Shown: positions 1 through 10,749, counted from the first letter of the stretch. The stretch: DNA of 64,000 nt from Sphingobacteriia bacterium (GCA_037129425.1 JBAXUV010000010.1:25810-89809); one strand, 5' to 3'. Notes: generated by a model from the sequence alone, not told the origin. Program-made: numbers and translations.

Positions 1-2990
1 GCTCCTGCTCCAGAAGCTGTCATCAATGGAACAACGCCTAAAATAAATGCAAAGCTGGTCATTAGAATTGGTCTGAAACGAAGCCTTGCTCCTTCTATAG
101 CTGCTTCTAATGGAGCCAACCCTTCTTTATCCATTTTCATTTTAGCAAATTCAACAATTAAAATTGCATTCTTTGCATTCAGGCCAATTAACATCACTAA
201 TCCAATTTGTGCAAACACATTGTTCACATAAGTTGTTGCATATAATCCTCCTATGAACAATCCCAGTAATGCTCCCATTACAGCCCAAGGTGTTCCCAAC
301 AAAACACTGAATGGAAGTTTCCAGCTTTCGTACTGTGCGGCTAAAATTAAAAACACAAATAATAAGGCCATTGCAAAAACAGTGGCACCTTTTCCTGCGG
401 ATTCTTTTTCCTGATAAGATGTATTACTCCATGAATAACCAATATCAGGTGGCAATACTTTTTTAGCAACACCCTCCAGTACACGAAGTGCCATATCTGA
501 ACTTACGCCAGGTGCAGGCACACCATTCAATTCTGCTGATCGATAAATATTAAAGTGATTGGTAAATGACGGGCCTGTTGTATCCACTACTTTAGCCAAT
601 GTACCTAAGGAAACCATATCTCCAGCTGCATCTCTAACAAAATATTGATTGATATCATCTGGCTTCATTCTAAACTCCGCTTCACTTTGCATATATGCAC
701 GATACTGTCTACCAAACGCGTTAAAATTATTGATAAATGCACCTCCTAAATAGGCAGATATTGCTCCATTCACTTCCTGTAACGGAATACCTAATTTTTG
801 CACTTTATCTTTATCCACTTGAATAGATTTTTGAGGAACGATCGGACGGAATAGTGTATATATTTTTCCTATTTCGGGGCGTTTATTACAAATAGCAATA
901 AAGCGTTGTGTTTGTTGTGCAAGATATAATGGAGATTTTCCTGTTTTGTCTTGCAACATCATGGTGAATCCTGCACCAGATCCAAGACCTTGAATTGGAG
1001 GAGGACCAAATACAATCACCGTTGCATCGGTGATATTTTTAGTGAGCACCACATTCATTTCTGCAATAATATCAGCTACTGTTTTATGTCTTTCATCCCA
1101 AGGTTTTAAACTTATAAAAGCCATTGCTGAATTGGGAGTAGCTGTACCAGACAAAATATTAAATCCATTAATAGCTGTATAGGTATTGATCTCTTCCATT
1201 CCGCTAAAATAGCTTTCCACTTTTTTAGCAACTGCTTCTGTTCTTTCTTTAGAAGCAGCATCAGGTAATTGAATGGCCAACATAAAATACCCTTCATCTT
1301 CTTCAGGCACAAATCCACCAGGCACTTTTAATGCAAGAACAACAGTAAGTACAACTATACCTACTAATATCATTACGGTCATGAATAATTTTCTAGCAGC
1401 GAATCCAGCAACTTTTACATAGCCTAATGTGAACTTATCAAAATAATAGTTGAAGCCATTAAAGAATCTTTGCAACAATCCTTTGCTTTCTTTTTTTGGT
1501 TTCAATAAAATAGCTGCTAAAGCAGGGCTTAGTGTTAATGCATTGAATGCCGATAATGCAACAGAGATGGCAATGGTAATTGCAAACTGTTGATACAATC
1601 TTCCGGTGATTCCACCAGACAATGCTACAGGAATAAATACAGCACAAAGAATCACTGCAATTGCCACCACTGGCCCTCCTACTTCTTTCATTGCTTTTTT
1701 CGTTGCAGCTTTCGGATCCAGTCCATGTTCCATTTCATGTATCACTGCTTCAACTACAACAATGGCATCATCAACCACCAAACCAATGGCGAGTACCATT
1801 CCTAAAAGAGACAATTGGTTTACAGAGAATCCTAAAATAGGGAACACAATAAATGTTCCTATCAAAGAAACAGGAACAGTTAATAATGGAATCAATGTTG
1901 CGCGCCAATCTTGTAAGAAAAGGAACACCACTAATATAACTAAGAGTACTGCTTCTAGTAAAGTATGCAATACTTCTTCAATTCCTACAGTGATTGCTTG
2001 AGTAGTATCTAAACTTGTTGTATAATCTATACCAATTGGAAATCTGGTTTTCAATTCCTCCATTTTTGCCTTTGCTTTGTTAGCAACATCCAAACCATTT
2101 GATCCTGGAATTTGATAAATAGCAATCGCTGCACAAGGGCTTCCATTTAAGTTAGAACTCAGAGAATACATTTGCAAACCCAATTCTATTCTTGCAACAT
2201 CTTTTAGTCTTACCTGTGCACCATTAGCAGAAGTCTTTAAAAGAATATTTCCAAAATCTTCTTCGGAAACCAAACGTTGTTGTAAAGTAGCTGTATACGT
2301 ATTTTGAACACCATTTTTTGCAGGAGCGTCACCAAAAGAACCACCCGGAACAATATTGTTCTGTGCTTTAATGGCATTCATCACATCGGATGCAGTGATT
2401 TTTAGCTTTGCCAATCTATCTGGCTTCACCCAAATTCGCATTGCATATTCCGAACTACCCATTACAGTAACATCACCAATTCCTTTTATCCTTTTTAGTT
2501 CATCAATAAGATTAATGAACGCATAGTTATTAATGAAGTTGGCATCATAAGATTTAGTTGGTGAATAAACCGAAAACATCATCAATGGAAAAGTCAATGA
2601 TTTCTTTACGTTTACTCCTAAATTAATTACTTCTGGAGGAAGGAATGGATTAGCTCTTGATACGCGGTTTTGTGTTAGCATATTTGCCACATCCAAATCG
2701 GTTCCCACTTCAAAGGAAACCTGCAGCGTCATCGATCCGTTGTAATTCACCGACTTCATGTACAACATGTTCTCTACACCATTCACCTGTTGTTCAATGG
2801 GTGTAGCAACAGTTTGTTCCATATCCACTGCATTTGCTCCAGTATAAGTTGCAGAAATTTGCACCATTGGAGGCGTGATATCAGGATATTTGGCAACTGG
2901 AATTCCTTGTAATGTTAATAAACCCATTATCACAATGAAAATGGAAATCACCATTGCAACTATCGGTCTTCGTATAAAAAACTCACTCAT
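1..2990 (-). CDS. RND efflux pump inner-membrane permease (AcrB/HAE1 family), 3' end off the window
   Basis: Absent from the ORF track because no stop lies in the window. My reverse-strand read from the ATG at 2990-2988 gives MSEFFIRRPIVAMVISIFIVIMGLLTLQGIPVAKYPD, the canonical AcrB N-terminus. The same frame is still open at the left edge (...MTSFAFILGVVPLMTASGAGA). Spot-checked only, not translated end to end. Confidence 0.85.
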   Translation of the reverse strand, partial: MSEFFIRRPIVAMVISIFIVIMGLLTLQGIPVAKYPDITPPMVQISATYTGANAVDMEQTVATPIEQQVNGVENMLYMKSVNYNGSMTLQVSFEVGTDLDVANMLTQNRVSRANPFLPPEVINLGVNVKKSLTFPLMMFSVYSPTKSYDANFINNYAFINLIDELKRIKGIGDVTVMGSSEYAMRIWVKPDRLAKLKITASDVMNAIKAQNNIVPGGSFGDAPAKNGVQNTYTATLQQRLVSEEDFGNILLKTSANGAQVRLKDVARIELGLQMYSLSSNLNGSPCAAIAIYQIPGSNGLDVANKAKAKMEELKTRFPIGIDYTTSLDTTQAITVGIEEVLHTLLEAVLLVILVVFLFLQDWRATLIPLLTVPVSLIGTFIVFPILGFSVNQLSLLGMVLAIGLVVDDAIVVVEAVIHEMEHGLDPKAATKKAMKEVGGPVVAIAVILCAVFIPVALSGGITGRLYQQFAITIAISVALSAFNALTLSPALAAILLKPKKESKGLLQRFFNGFNYYFDKFTLGYVKVAGFAARKLFMTVMILVGIVVLTVVLALKVPGGFVPEEDEGYFMLAIQLPDAASKERTEAVAKKVESYFSGMEEINTYTAINGFNILSGTATPNSAMAFISLKPWDERHKTVADIIAEMNVVLTKNITDATVIVFGPPPIQGLGSGAGFTMMLQDKTGKSPLYLAQQTQRFIAICNKRPEIGKIYTLFRPIVPQKSIQVDKDKVQKLGIPLQEVNGAISAYLGGAFINNFNAFGRQYRAYMQSEAEFRMKPDDINQYFVRDAAGDMVSLGTLAKVVDTTGPSFTNHFNIYRSAELNGVPAPGVSSDMALRVLEGVAKKVLPPDIGYSWSNTSYQEKESAGKGATVFAMALLFVFLILAAQYESWKLPFSVLLGTPWAVMGALLGLFIGGLYATTYVNNVFAQIGLVMLIGLNAKNAILIVEFAKMKMDKEGLAPLEAAIEGARLRFRPILMTSFAFILGVVPLMTASGAG

Positions 2991-3014
2991 AAAAAGAGGT
3001 TCAAAAAATGATGA

Positions 3015-4172
3015 TTATTGTTGGGATGTGGAATCATAATTCCATGGAATCATTGTCGGCTTAACTGGCATTGAAGGCTTCACAGCAGCATTACCTATAA
3101 TGGCTAATTTGTCTCCTACTTTAACTCCTTCGTTAATAATCCAGTTACTGCCAATTCTTTTACCAGGTTTTACCACAACTGGATTCACTTTGTTGCTGTC
3201 ATTCAATACAAATACTTGGAATAAATTTTGAAACTGAATAACTGTCTGTTGAGGAACCAACAAAGCGTCCTTAAATTCATCTGTCTTTAATTTCAGCTTA
3301 ACATATTGTCCTGGCTTAATTAAACCTTGAGGGTTATCGAATATCGCTTGTAATAGCAAGGAACCTGTAGCAGGGTCAATCTGACGATTGGTTAAATTAA
3401 TATACCCTAGTTGATTGTATTTGGTTCCATCACTTAAAATCATTTCAACAGGCACATTTGCTTCAAATAACTTAGCAGAACTATTCGCTTTCATTTTTGC
3501 GAATTTGAGGTACTCATCTTCACTGATTGAAAATCTTGCTCTGATTGAATTGACTGATGAGATTACATTGAGCGGAGCTCCCGTATTTAATTTACCGATA
3601 AAATCTCCGACCCAATATTTGGATGTACCAATTATTCCTGTGATAGGTGCAGTAATACTAGCGTAACTCAATTCAATTTTAGCATTGCGCAATGCAGCTT
3701 GCGCGGCATCTACCTGGCTTAACGAAGCTTGGTAATTGGCTTTAGCTGCATCCAAATCCCTTTGACTTAGTGCATGCATTTGAGTAAGTGGTTCTACCCG
3801 ATCCAATTCTGCTTTATTCCTTACTTTACCAGTATTAGCTTGTGCTAAATTCGCTTCTGCCTGATCAATTTTATTTTTGATTGGTAAATCATCAATGGTA
3901 TATAATAATTGTCCTTTTTGAACCAATTCACCTTCTTTGAAATGGATAGAAGTAATCCAGCCTTCAATACGAGATTGAATTTGAATATCTTCTTTACCAA
4001 AAGTCTCCCCTACATATTCTGTGTAAAAAGGAACGGTTTTTTTACCAACTTCCACCACATTCACTTCAGGAATTAATGCGGCTGCATCTGCTTTTTTTTC
4101 TTTACAAGACTGTACCGAAATAAAACAAGCACTTAAAGCTAAATAGCTCCATAAGCCAATTTTCATATTCAT
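3015..4172 (-). CDS. RND efflux periplasmic adaptor (MFP, AcrA-like) lipoprotein
   Basis: 385 aa with a lipoprotein-type signal (..SACFISVQSC). It has a lipoyl-like motif (GELVQKGQLLYTID) and a coiled-coil hairpin region, and ends 24 nt upstream of the AcrB-like gene. Confidence 0.85.
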   Translation of the reverse strand: MNMKIGLWSYLALSACFISVQSCKEKKADAAALIPEVNVVEVGKKTVPFYTEYVGETFGKEDIQIQSRIEGWITSIHFKEGELVQKGQLLYTIDDLPIKNKIDQAEANLAQANTGKVRNKAELDRVEPLTQMHALSQRDLDAAKANYQASLSQVDAAQAALRNAKIELSYASITAPITGIIGTSKYWVGDFIGKLNTGAPLNVISSVNSIRARFSISEDEYLKFAKMKANSSAKLFEANVPVEMILSDGTKYNQLGYINLTNRQIDPATGSLLLQAIFDNPQGLIKPGQYVKLKLKTDEFKDALLVPQQTVIQFQNLFQVFVLNDSNKVNPVVVKPGKRIGSNWIINEGVKVGDKLAIIGNAAVKPSMPVKPTMIPWNYDSTSQQ

Positions 4173-4219
4173 TGCTTTTGTTGGCTCTAAATATAGTAAT
4201 TATTAAATTAATATATGTA

Positions 4220-4648
4220 TTAAGATTGTATGTAATTCTGAAGCTGTGAAATGGTTTCCTGCTGGTTCAAAATGGTTTCTGTTACCACATCATTGATGGA
4301 AATAATTCCAGCTAAATGTCCCTGATCAATTACTGGCAGATAACGTATATGTTTTGAAGACATCAATTGCATACACTTTTCTACGGTATCATTTAAGGAT
4401 ACAGGCGGAAAATCGCTGGTCATGATCTCACTGACTGGCGTTTCACTTGAATGCCTTCCCATTAAAATGACTTTTCGGGAATAGTCACGCTCTGTAAGAA
4501 TACCTGCAAATTGATCGTTTTTTAGGATCACTAAAGACCCAATATTTTTTTCTGACATTATTTGCAAAGCTTGAATCACAGTAGTGTCTGGACTTACACT
4601 TACCACCTGATTGCCTTTTCTGGAGAGTATATGACTTACTTTTCGCAT
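4220..4648 (-). CDS. CBS-domain pair protein
   Basis: 142 aa with two CBS-like repeats (IGSLVILKNDQFAGILTERD and IRYLPVIDQGHLAGIISINDV). Confidence 0.8.
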   Translation of the reverse strand: MRKVSHILSRKGNQVVSVSPDTTVIQALQIMSEKNIGSLVILKNDQFAGILTERDYSRKVILMGRHSSETPVSEIMTSDFPPVSLNDTVEKCMQLMSSKHIRYLPVIDQGHLAGIISINDVVTETILNQQETISQLQNYIQS

Positions 4649-4723
4649 AAAGCAAATTTTAAACCTAATTTACCAAAATAATATGAATTCTGTACATTTA
4701 TTCCTAATCCTAATAAAATTTAC

Positions 4724-5791
4724 ATGGAACCCAATCATTCCAATTCAACCATTTCATCAAGAAATATCATTGAAATTGTTGTCCGATTAATTGCCCTGAT
4801 TCTTCTGTTTGGCTGGTGTTTCAAAATCATAGAGCCTTTTATCACTCCTATTTTGTGGGGCTGTATCCTAGCAGTGGCTATTTATCCTGCTTATCATCAA
4901 CTAAAAAAAATATTGAAAGGGAGGCAAAATCTCGCTGCAATCATTCTTACTTTGATGCTCCTATTGGTTGTCATTATTCCTGCTGCTTTTTTAAGTGTAA
5001 AAATGGCGGATGAAGTACAGTTACTAACTTCGGCCTATAACAAACACGAACTTAATTTACCAGTAGTTCCAGAAAAAGTAAAATCATGGCCATTTATAGG
5101 ATCAAAATTGCACACTATTTGGAGCGATGCCAATTCCAATATTGAATTGGTCTTTCAAAAGAACCCCGAAATAACTACTAAAATAATTAATGTTTCGCTT
5201 GATATAATTGCAAGTGCAGGCAAGGGCGTTTTTGTTTTCCTATTCTCTATTATCATCAGTGGAATTTTTTTGGCTTTCACAGATCATGCATCTACATTCT
5301 CAAGAAAATTGTTTCATCGATTAATGGGTCCTATTAAATCAGATATGACAAGTATTGCCGCATCAACTATAAGGAGTGTAGTGAAAGGCGTGTTTGGTGT
5401 AACGATTATTCAAACCAGCTTAGCCGCAATTGGTTTTTTTACTGCAGGAATTCCTGCAGCGGGATTACTTACACTGTTTTGTTTTATTCTTGGAATAACC
5501 CAGATTGGCATGTTACCTGTAACACTTGGCGTTATCATTTATGCTTGGACTTCTTTAAGCAGTTTCACTGCTGTAGCATTGACCATCTGGATGCTTTTAG
5601 TGGGTCTTTCTGATAATATCATCAAACCCTGGCTACTTTCTAAAGGGTCTGTTGTGCCTATGCCTATTTTGTTAATTGGATCTTTAGGTGGGTTCATCTT
5701 TTCTGGATTTATAGGTCTATTTACTGGTGCTGTAATTTTTGCATTAGGTTATAAGTTGTTTATTGCATGGGTAGAAGGAGAAGAGATTTAA
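4724..5791 (+). CDS. AI-2E family (UPF0118, PerM/YhhT-like) membrane transporter
   Basis: 355 aa with multiple hydrophobic helices. Overall layout and the C-terminal GxxGxxxG-rich helices are typical of AI-2E permeases. Confidence 0.75.
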   Translation: MEPNHSNSTISSRNIIEIVVRLIALILLFGWCFKIIEPFITPILWGCILAVAIYPAYHQLKKILKGRQNLAAIILTLMLLLVVIIPAAFLSVKMADEVQLLTSAYNKHELNLPVVPEKVKSWPFIGSKLHTIWSDANSNIELVFQKNPEITTKIINVSLDIIASAGKGVFVFLFSIIISGIFLAFTDHASTFSRKLFHRLMGPIKSDMTSIAASTIRSVVKGVFGVTIIQTSLAAIGFFTAGIPAAGLLTLFCFILGITQIGMLPVTLGVIIYAWTSLSSFTAVALTIWMLLVGLSDNIIKPWLLSKGSVVPMPILLIGSLGGFIFSGFIGLFTGAVIFALGYKLFIAWVEGEEI

Positions 5792-5860
5792 GAAAATTTT
5801 AAAGCAAATAACCAAGAGGTAACATCATTTTTAATTAATTTAAATATCTAAAACTTGAAT

Positions 5861-6142
5861 ATGAAAAAATTGATTTTTGCCCTATTGATTTTCGCCGGTT
5901 CTTTTAGCACTGTATTTGCCCAAAACAAAACTGCAGATAAAGCAAAAGAGCAGAGCAAAGAAGTAAAGAAAAAAGCGGATGGAACACCTGACATGCGCTA
6001 CAAAGAAAATAAAGAAAAAGCCAAAGCCGAAGGACCTAAAAAAGCAGACGGCAGTCCTGATATGCGCTATAAAGAGAACAAAGAAAAAGAAGCTAAAGCA
6101 AAAACAGCTGAAACAAAAAAAGAAGTAAAGAAGAAAGGATAG
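5861..6142 (+). CDS. small secreted Lys/Glu-rich protein with internal tandem repeat
   Basis: The track ORF starts at a TTG (5855); an ATG lies at 5861. Signal peptide MKKLIFALLIFAGSFSTVFAQ, then KKADG(T/S)PDMRYKENKEK twice, 23 aa apart. Confidence 0.7.
   Translation: MKKLIFALLIFAGSFSTVFAQNKTADKAKEQSKEVKKKADGTPDMRYKENKEKAKAEGPKKADGSPDMRYKENKEKEAKAKTAETKKEVKKKG
5969..6088 (+). repeat. 69-nt-period tandem duplication inside the small Lys-rich ORF
   Basis: Residues K39-K55 and K62-K78 are KKADGTPDMRYKENKEK and KKADGSPDMRYKENKEK. The DNA copies differ mostly at third codon positions. Confidence 0.8.
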
Positions 6143-6150
6143 TAAAGTGT

Positions 6151-6180
6151 AAAAACCCTACAGAAATGTGGGGTTTTTAT
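6151..6180. terminator. bidirectional intrinsic terminator between convergent genes
   Basis: Stem aaaaccc (6152-6158) pairs with gggtttt (6171-6177), flanked by an A-run and a T-run. It lies between the stop at 6142 (+) and the stop at 6182 (-). Confidence 0.6.
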
Positions 6181-6181
6181 T

Positions 6182-7414
6182 TTACAACATTCTTGAGGCA
6201 ATCGTGTTGGCTGCAATCCAACCACTTGTCCAGGCATTTTGAAAATTGAATCCACCAGTTACTCCATCTACATCCATAATTTCTCCAGCGAAAAATAAAT
6301 TAGGCTGCAATTTGCTTTCCATTGTTTGGGGATTAATTTCATTGAGTTGAATGCCACCCGCAGTTACAAATTCCTCTTTAAAAGTTGTTTTGCCTTTTAC
6401 TTCAAATGAATGATTGGTGAGCAATTGAATTAATTTATTTTGTTCTGCGGATTTTAATTCTCCCCAACGAGTATCGGAATTTATTCCAGCCATTGACAAT
6501 AAAAATATCCATAAACGATTAGGCAATTCGAAAGGATGTTTATTGCCAATTTTATTGGCTGAATACTGTTCTCTGTAGCCACTCCAATCCTGACGAAGTT
6601 CAGCCTCATTGGTAGTTCCCAACCAATTCACTAAAACAGCAAATAGATAATTCTTGTCAGCCAACTGCCTTGCACCCCATGCAGATAATTTAAGTATTAC
6701 AGGACCGCTCAGTCCCCAATGTGTAATTAATAAAGGTCCTTCTTCCATTAATTTTGTTCCGGCAATTTTTACTTTGGCATTTGATACGCTCAATCCCATT
6801 AATTCTGTAATGGGATGTTTAGGAATATTAAAAGTAAATAAGGAAGGAACAGGTGTATTGATTGAATGACCGGTTTTTGTTAGCCATTGAAACATTTCGG
6901 TTTTAGGATAACCTCCACAAGCAACACAAACATAATCGGCGATCATTTTTTTTGAACCAGTAACCAATAATTCAAACTGATTATTGTTTTTAGCAATCGT
7001 TTGAACTTCGGTCTGCATGAATATTTCAACTTTGTATTTATCGGCTTCTTTCAACAAGCAATCGATAATGGTTTGTGAATTATTACTTACCGGAAACATC
7101 CTTCCGTCGGATTCTGTATGTAACACCACTCCTCTTTCTGCAAACCAATCAATGGTATTATTGGTATCAAATAAATGAAAAGCTTTTTTTAAAAATTGTT
7201 CTCCTCTTGGATATTTTTTAACCAACAAAGGAATTTCAAAACAGGCATGAGTTGTGTTACATCGCCCACCACCACTCACTTTTACTTTAGACAATAGCTT
7301 GGTAGATTTCTCTAATAAAATAACTTTTAATGCTGGGTTTAACCTTGCAGCATTCACTGCGCAGAAAAATCCCGCAGCACCACCACCTATAATAATTAAT
7401 TTTTGGGGATTCAT
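6182..7414 (-). CDS. HI0933/YhiN (BaiN-like) family flavoprotein
   Basis: 410 aa. N-terminal IIIGGGAAGFF dinucleotide-binding fold and VSGGGRCNTTH motif are typical of this family. Confidence 0.8.
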   Translation of the reverse strand: MNPQKLIIIGGGAAGFFCAVNAARLNPALKVILLEKSTKLLSKVKVSGGGRCNTTHACFEIPLLVKKYPRGEQFLKKAFHLFDTNNTIDWFAERGVVLHTESDGRMFPVSNNSQTIIDCLLKEADKYKVEIFMQTEVQTIAKNNNQFELLVTGSKKMIADYVCVACGGYPKTEMFQWLTKTGHSINTPVPSLFTFNIPKHPITELMGLSVSNAKVKIAGTKLMEEGPLLITHWGLSGPVILKLSAWGARQLADKNYLFAVLVNWLGTTNEAELRQDWSGYREQYSANKIGNKHPFELPNRLWIFLLSMAGINSDTRWGELKSAEQNKLIQLLTNHSFEVKGKTTFKEEFVTAGGIQLNEINPQTMESKLQPNLFFAGEIMDVDGVTGGFNFQNAWTSGWIAANTIASRML

Positions 7415-8947
7415 TTATTTCATCATCATAATGGCAGCCATGGTTTCAATACCGTTCCATAAATTACGGATTCGTATATTTTCATTTTCTGCGTGTTGAT
7501 TATTATCGTGGTTGGCTATTGGAACAGTAATGGTAGTTGCTTTCAATTCTTTTTCAAAAATAAACAAAGGTAAACTTCCTCCCATTGAGGGTAATAATAC
7601 AACAGGATCTTTTGTAGTTGTTTTTATTGCGTTCACCACATTTTGAGCAAAGGGTAAACTCAATGAAGTTCTTTGTGCATTATAACCATCACTTAGTTTT
7701 ATTTTAGCAATATTAGGATATTGTGCTCTTTCTAGTTCAGTAGGTTCATTATAAGTTATATAATATCCTTGACCTTTAATATGTTCAACTACTTTTTGTT
7801 GCTGTTTCTGATAATCATTTCCTGGAACCAATCGTAGATCTAACACAACTGAAGCCGATGTTGGAATTACATTACTTGCCTTAGTACCAATATTACCGCT
7901 TTGCATTCCATTGATATTTAATGAAGGAATGAGTATGGCTTCCTCTAAACTCATGCCTTCCATTTCTTCATTGATAAATTTTAATTCCTTTTTCATTTGC
8001 GCCCCAACTGGTGGAATTGCTGCAAGCGCTTTTCTCTCTTCAATGGTGAGGGGTTTAGTATCATCATAAAATCCTTTAATGATCACTCGCCCTTTCTCAT
8101 CTTTCATTGATGCTAATAATTTTGCCAGTTTCATACCTGGGTTAGGTGCCCAGTTGCCGTAATGTCCACTATGTAAAGGGCGGCTTGGGCCATATAGCGT
8201 AATATCAACATGGGCATCCCCACGAACGCCAAAAATAACGGCTTTGTTTCCTGATTGATGTACTGGACCATCACAAATAATCCAGCCATCTGATTGTAAT
8301 AATGAACGATGAATTTGGAATAGTTCTGCTAAATGTGTGGACCCTGCTTCTTCTTCTCCTTCAAAAAAAAATTTAAGATTATACTGTGGTGTAAGCCCAG
8401 CTTTTACCAATGCCTCATAGGCTGATAATATGGCCATGACTCCGGCTTTATCATCGGAAGCTGCTCTTCCATAAATTCTCCAATCAGGATTAATTGATTT
8501 TGCATTTTCATCAACAGCAACTATCTGTGCTCCATTTTCTAAAGAGCCATTCACCATAGTAGGTTTGAATGGATTTAATCCCTTTGCCCATTGCGAAGGG
8601 TCAACTGGTTGACCATCATAATGTGCATAAAAGATAAGTGTTTTAGTAGCACCGGGAGTATTCACTTCGCCATAAATAGCGGGTGCAACATTTTTTGAAT
8701 TGGCGTTGAGCAATTGTACATTGCTAATATTTCTTTGTTTCATCATATTCATGATGAAAGAGGCATTCTGCTTTAATCCGATAGTATCAACTGCAATATT
8801 TGGAATAGATAAAAAAGACAAATACTCTTTCATCCATATTTTTTCTTCTTGCTCTCGGACCGACCTGATCTTTAGTGTTTCTGGAGATTGAGCATTCGCT
8901 ATTAAAAAGAAAAAACAACAAAAAAAACCATATCCGATTTTATGCAT
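7415..8947 (-). CDS. secreted M20-family metallopeptidase/dipeptidase
   Basis: 510 aa with a signal peptide and M20 motifs (YAHYDGQPVD, ASDDKAG, FEGEEEAGS). Its stop abuts the start of the downstream flavoprotein gene with a 0-nt gap. Confidence 0.85.
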   Translation of the reverse strand: MHKIGYGFFCCFFFLIANAQSPETLKIRSVREQEEKIWMKEYLSFLSIPNIAVDTIGLKQNASFIMNMMKQRNISNVQLLNANSKNVAPAIYGEVNTPGATKTLIFYAHYDGQPVDPSQWAKGLNPFKPTMVNGSLENGAQIVAVDENAKSINPDWRIYGRAASDDKAGVMAILSAYEALVKAGLTPQYNLKFFFEGEEEAGSTHLAELFQIHRSLLQSDGWIICDGPVHQSGNKAVIFGVRGDAHVDITLYGPSRPLHSGHYGNWAPNPGMKLAKLLASMKDEKGRVIIKGFYDDTKPLTIEERKALAAIPPVGAQMKKELKFINEEMEGMSLEEAILIPSLNINGMQSGNIGTKASNVIPTSASVVLDLRLVPGNDYQKQQQKVVEHIKGQGYYITYNEPTELERAQYPNIAKIKLSDGYNAQRTSLSLPFAQNVVNAIKTTTKDPVVLLPSMGGSLPLFIFEKELKATTITVPIANHDNNQHAENENIRIRNLWNGIETMAAIMMMK

Positions 8948-8989
8948 ATTGATATTTTGTAGTAAGGTACCAAAAGCAAATCAAATTAC

Positions 8990-9922
8990 TTATAATTTAA
9001 CCAATAAGCCTGCGCCGATAATTGATTTTGTCTGTAACCTTGGAGCATCTTTTGTTGGACCAAATAAACGAACGTTATCATCGTAAATTAAATCTAAACT
9101 ATAAGTTACTGAAAGCACATTGGATATTTTTACAGCAAACAAGTTGTTCATATTGATGGCAACATTCTGTGGATTTTTTAAGTAATCGGAATACATATCT
9201 AATCTTCCGATATAGCTTACATTCTTATTGATATTGGCTTTGTAATTGATGGAAGCAAATGCACCTAATTGAAACAAACTTTTTGAACCAGGGCTAACTC
9301 CATATGCTCCTTTCTTAGACAAACTATCATTGTTTACAATAACCCAACGAGCAGTTAATGGAGAAAAGAAGATAGATAAATTTTTCACAGGCTTATAATC
9401 CAAACCGGAACCCAATAAAATATATCCCGGAGCCATAAATGCAGAATTCAAAATCTGTGTTGTTGCTGTTGGAAAATTATACCCATCAAAAAATTGAGAA
9501 CGAATATTAAAGAGTGTACTAAAATTTAATTTAGCGTTTATTTCATGACCATATTTAGAAACAATATCAAACCGATCGTCATTTTTTCTTGCTCCTAAAC
9601 TGGTATTGTTGATATATCCCAGATTAATATTAATCGTATTATCCCAACTATGTTTACCTTTCTTATAATATGCATAGCCACTAAATGCAGTGTTAACCGA
9701 GAAAGCGTAATCTTCTCCACCTGCAGCCCAGTTGGTTAATGAGCTCTGTGATAAATTCAAAGAAAAGAATCCACCTCTTTTCCAAGTTTTATTGGCAGTG
9801 TCTTTTGGATCTTTTGTAATGGCTTTTGCTTCTAATTCTTTTTTTAGAATAGTTGCTTCATTGTCTTGTGCTTGCGCAATAAAGGAGCTAAGAATCATTA
9901 CTAATACAACTGACTTTTTCAT
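8990..9922 (-). CDS. DUF3078-like outer-membrane beta-barrel protein
   Basis: 310 aa with a signal peptide and an alternating beta-strand pattern. The NLSQSSLTNWAAGGE motif is one I associate with DUF3078. Confidence 0.65.
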   Translation of the reverse strand: MKKSVVLVMILSSFIAQAQDNEATILKKELEAKAITKDPKDTANKTWKRGGFFSLNLSQSSLTNWAAGGEDYAFSVNTAFSGYAYYKKGKHSWDNTININLGYINNTSLGARKNDDRFDIVSKYGHEINAKLNFSTLFNIRSQFFDGYNFPTATTQILNSAFMAPGYILLGSGLDYKPVKNLSIFFSPLTARWVIVNNDSLSKKGAYGVSPGSKSLFQLGAFASINYKANINKNVSYIGRLDMYSDYLKNPQNVAINMNNLFAVKISNVLSVTYSLDLIYDDNVRLFGPTKDAPRLQTKSIIGAGLLVKL

Positions 9923-9939
9923 GGCAGTAAACTAATTGT

Positions 9940-10749
9940 TTAGATTGAATAATAACTGGAATTTAAATTGGAATTGGCTTTTTCTGCAGCTTCAATAATA
10001 CTATAATCAGATAAAATAAGCGCCTGATTTCTTTTTACACAAACATCGTGTTCAAAATGTACAGATACTTTTCCATCACGTGTTTTCACTGTCCAACCAT
10101 CATCTTCAGTATATACATCTTTAGTTCCCAAATTAATCATTGGCTCGATGGCCAGCACTAAATTTTCTTTCATCTTTGGCCCTGTTCCACGTTTTCCGTA
10201 ATTGGGCATTTGTGGATCTTCGTGTAAGCTCCTTCCTAAACCATGACCCACCAATTCTCTTACAACTCCGTATCCGTGTTTGATCTCGGTATGCTCTTGT
10301 ATAGCATAAGAAATATCACCTATTCGATTATTTATGATTGCTTTTTCAATCCCTTTGTATAAAGATTCTTTAGTAACTTTTACCAATTGTATAGCTTCTG
10401 GTGCAGCTTCTCCAATAATAAAGGTATATGCATGATCTCCATGCCAACCATTCAGAATAACTCCCATATCGATAGAAACTATATCACCATCTTTTAATGG
10501 TGTTTTGTCAGGGAAACCATGCACTACCACATCGTTTACCGAAGCACAAATCGTAAATGGATAACCTCTGTAATTTAAAAATGAAGAAACCCCTTTATGG
10601 TCTTTGATAAAGGTTGAACATAATTCATCAATCTGCAATGTATTCATTCCTGGCTTTAAGGCAATAGCTACTTCTGTGAGTGTTTTACTCACTAACAATG
10701 CAGCTTCTTTCATCATTGCTACTTCTGAATCTGTTTTATAAATAATCAT
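9940..10749 (-). CDS. map: type I methionine aminopeptidase
   Basis: Metal-ligand context is present (VVHGFP, DIVSIDMG, HGLGRSLHE, AIEPM, FEHDV). The track ORF extends to 10779, but that extension overlaps the secY terminator T-run, so the start at MIIYKTDSE (10749) is preferred. Confidence 0.9.
   Translation of the reverse strand: MIIYKTDSEVAMMKEAALLVSKTLTEVAIALKPGMNTLQIDELCSTFIKDHKGVSSFLNYRGYPFTICASVNDVVVHGFPDKTPLKDGDIVSIDMGVILNGWHGDHAYTFIIGEAAPEAIQLVKVTKESLYKGIEKAIINNRIGDISYAIQEHTEIKHGYGVVRELVGHGLGRSLHEDPQMPNYGKRGTGPKMKENLVLAIEPMINLGTKDVYTEDDGWTVKTRDGKVSVHFEHDVCVKRNQALILSDYSIIEAAEKANSNLNSSYYSI

Noticed and set aside
1606-2001. Plus-strand ORFs (1590-1805, 1606-2001) and minus-strand ORFs in other frames (1112-1318, 1459-1647) inside the first 3 kb
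   Set aside because: They overlap the long AcrB-like reading frame, which the track omits only because it has no stop in the window. Their products are low-complexity shadow translations.
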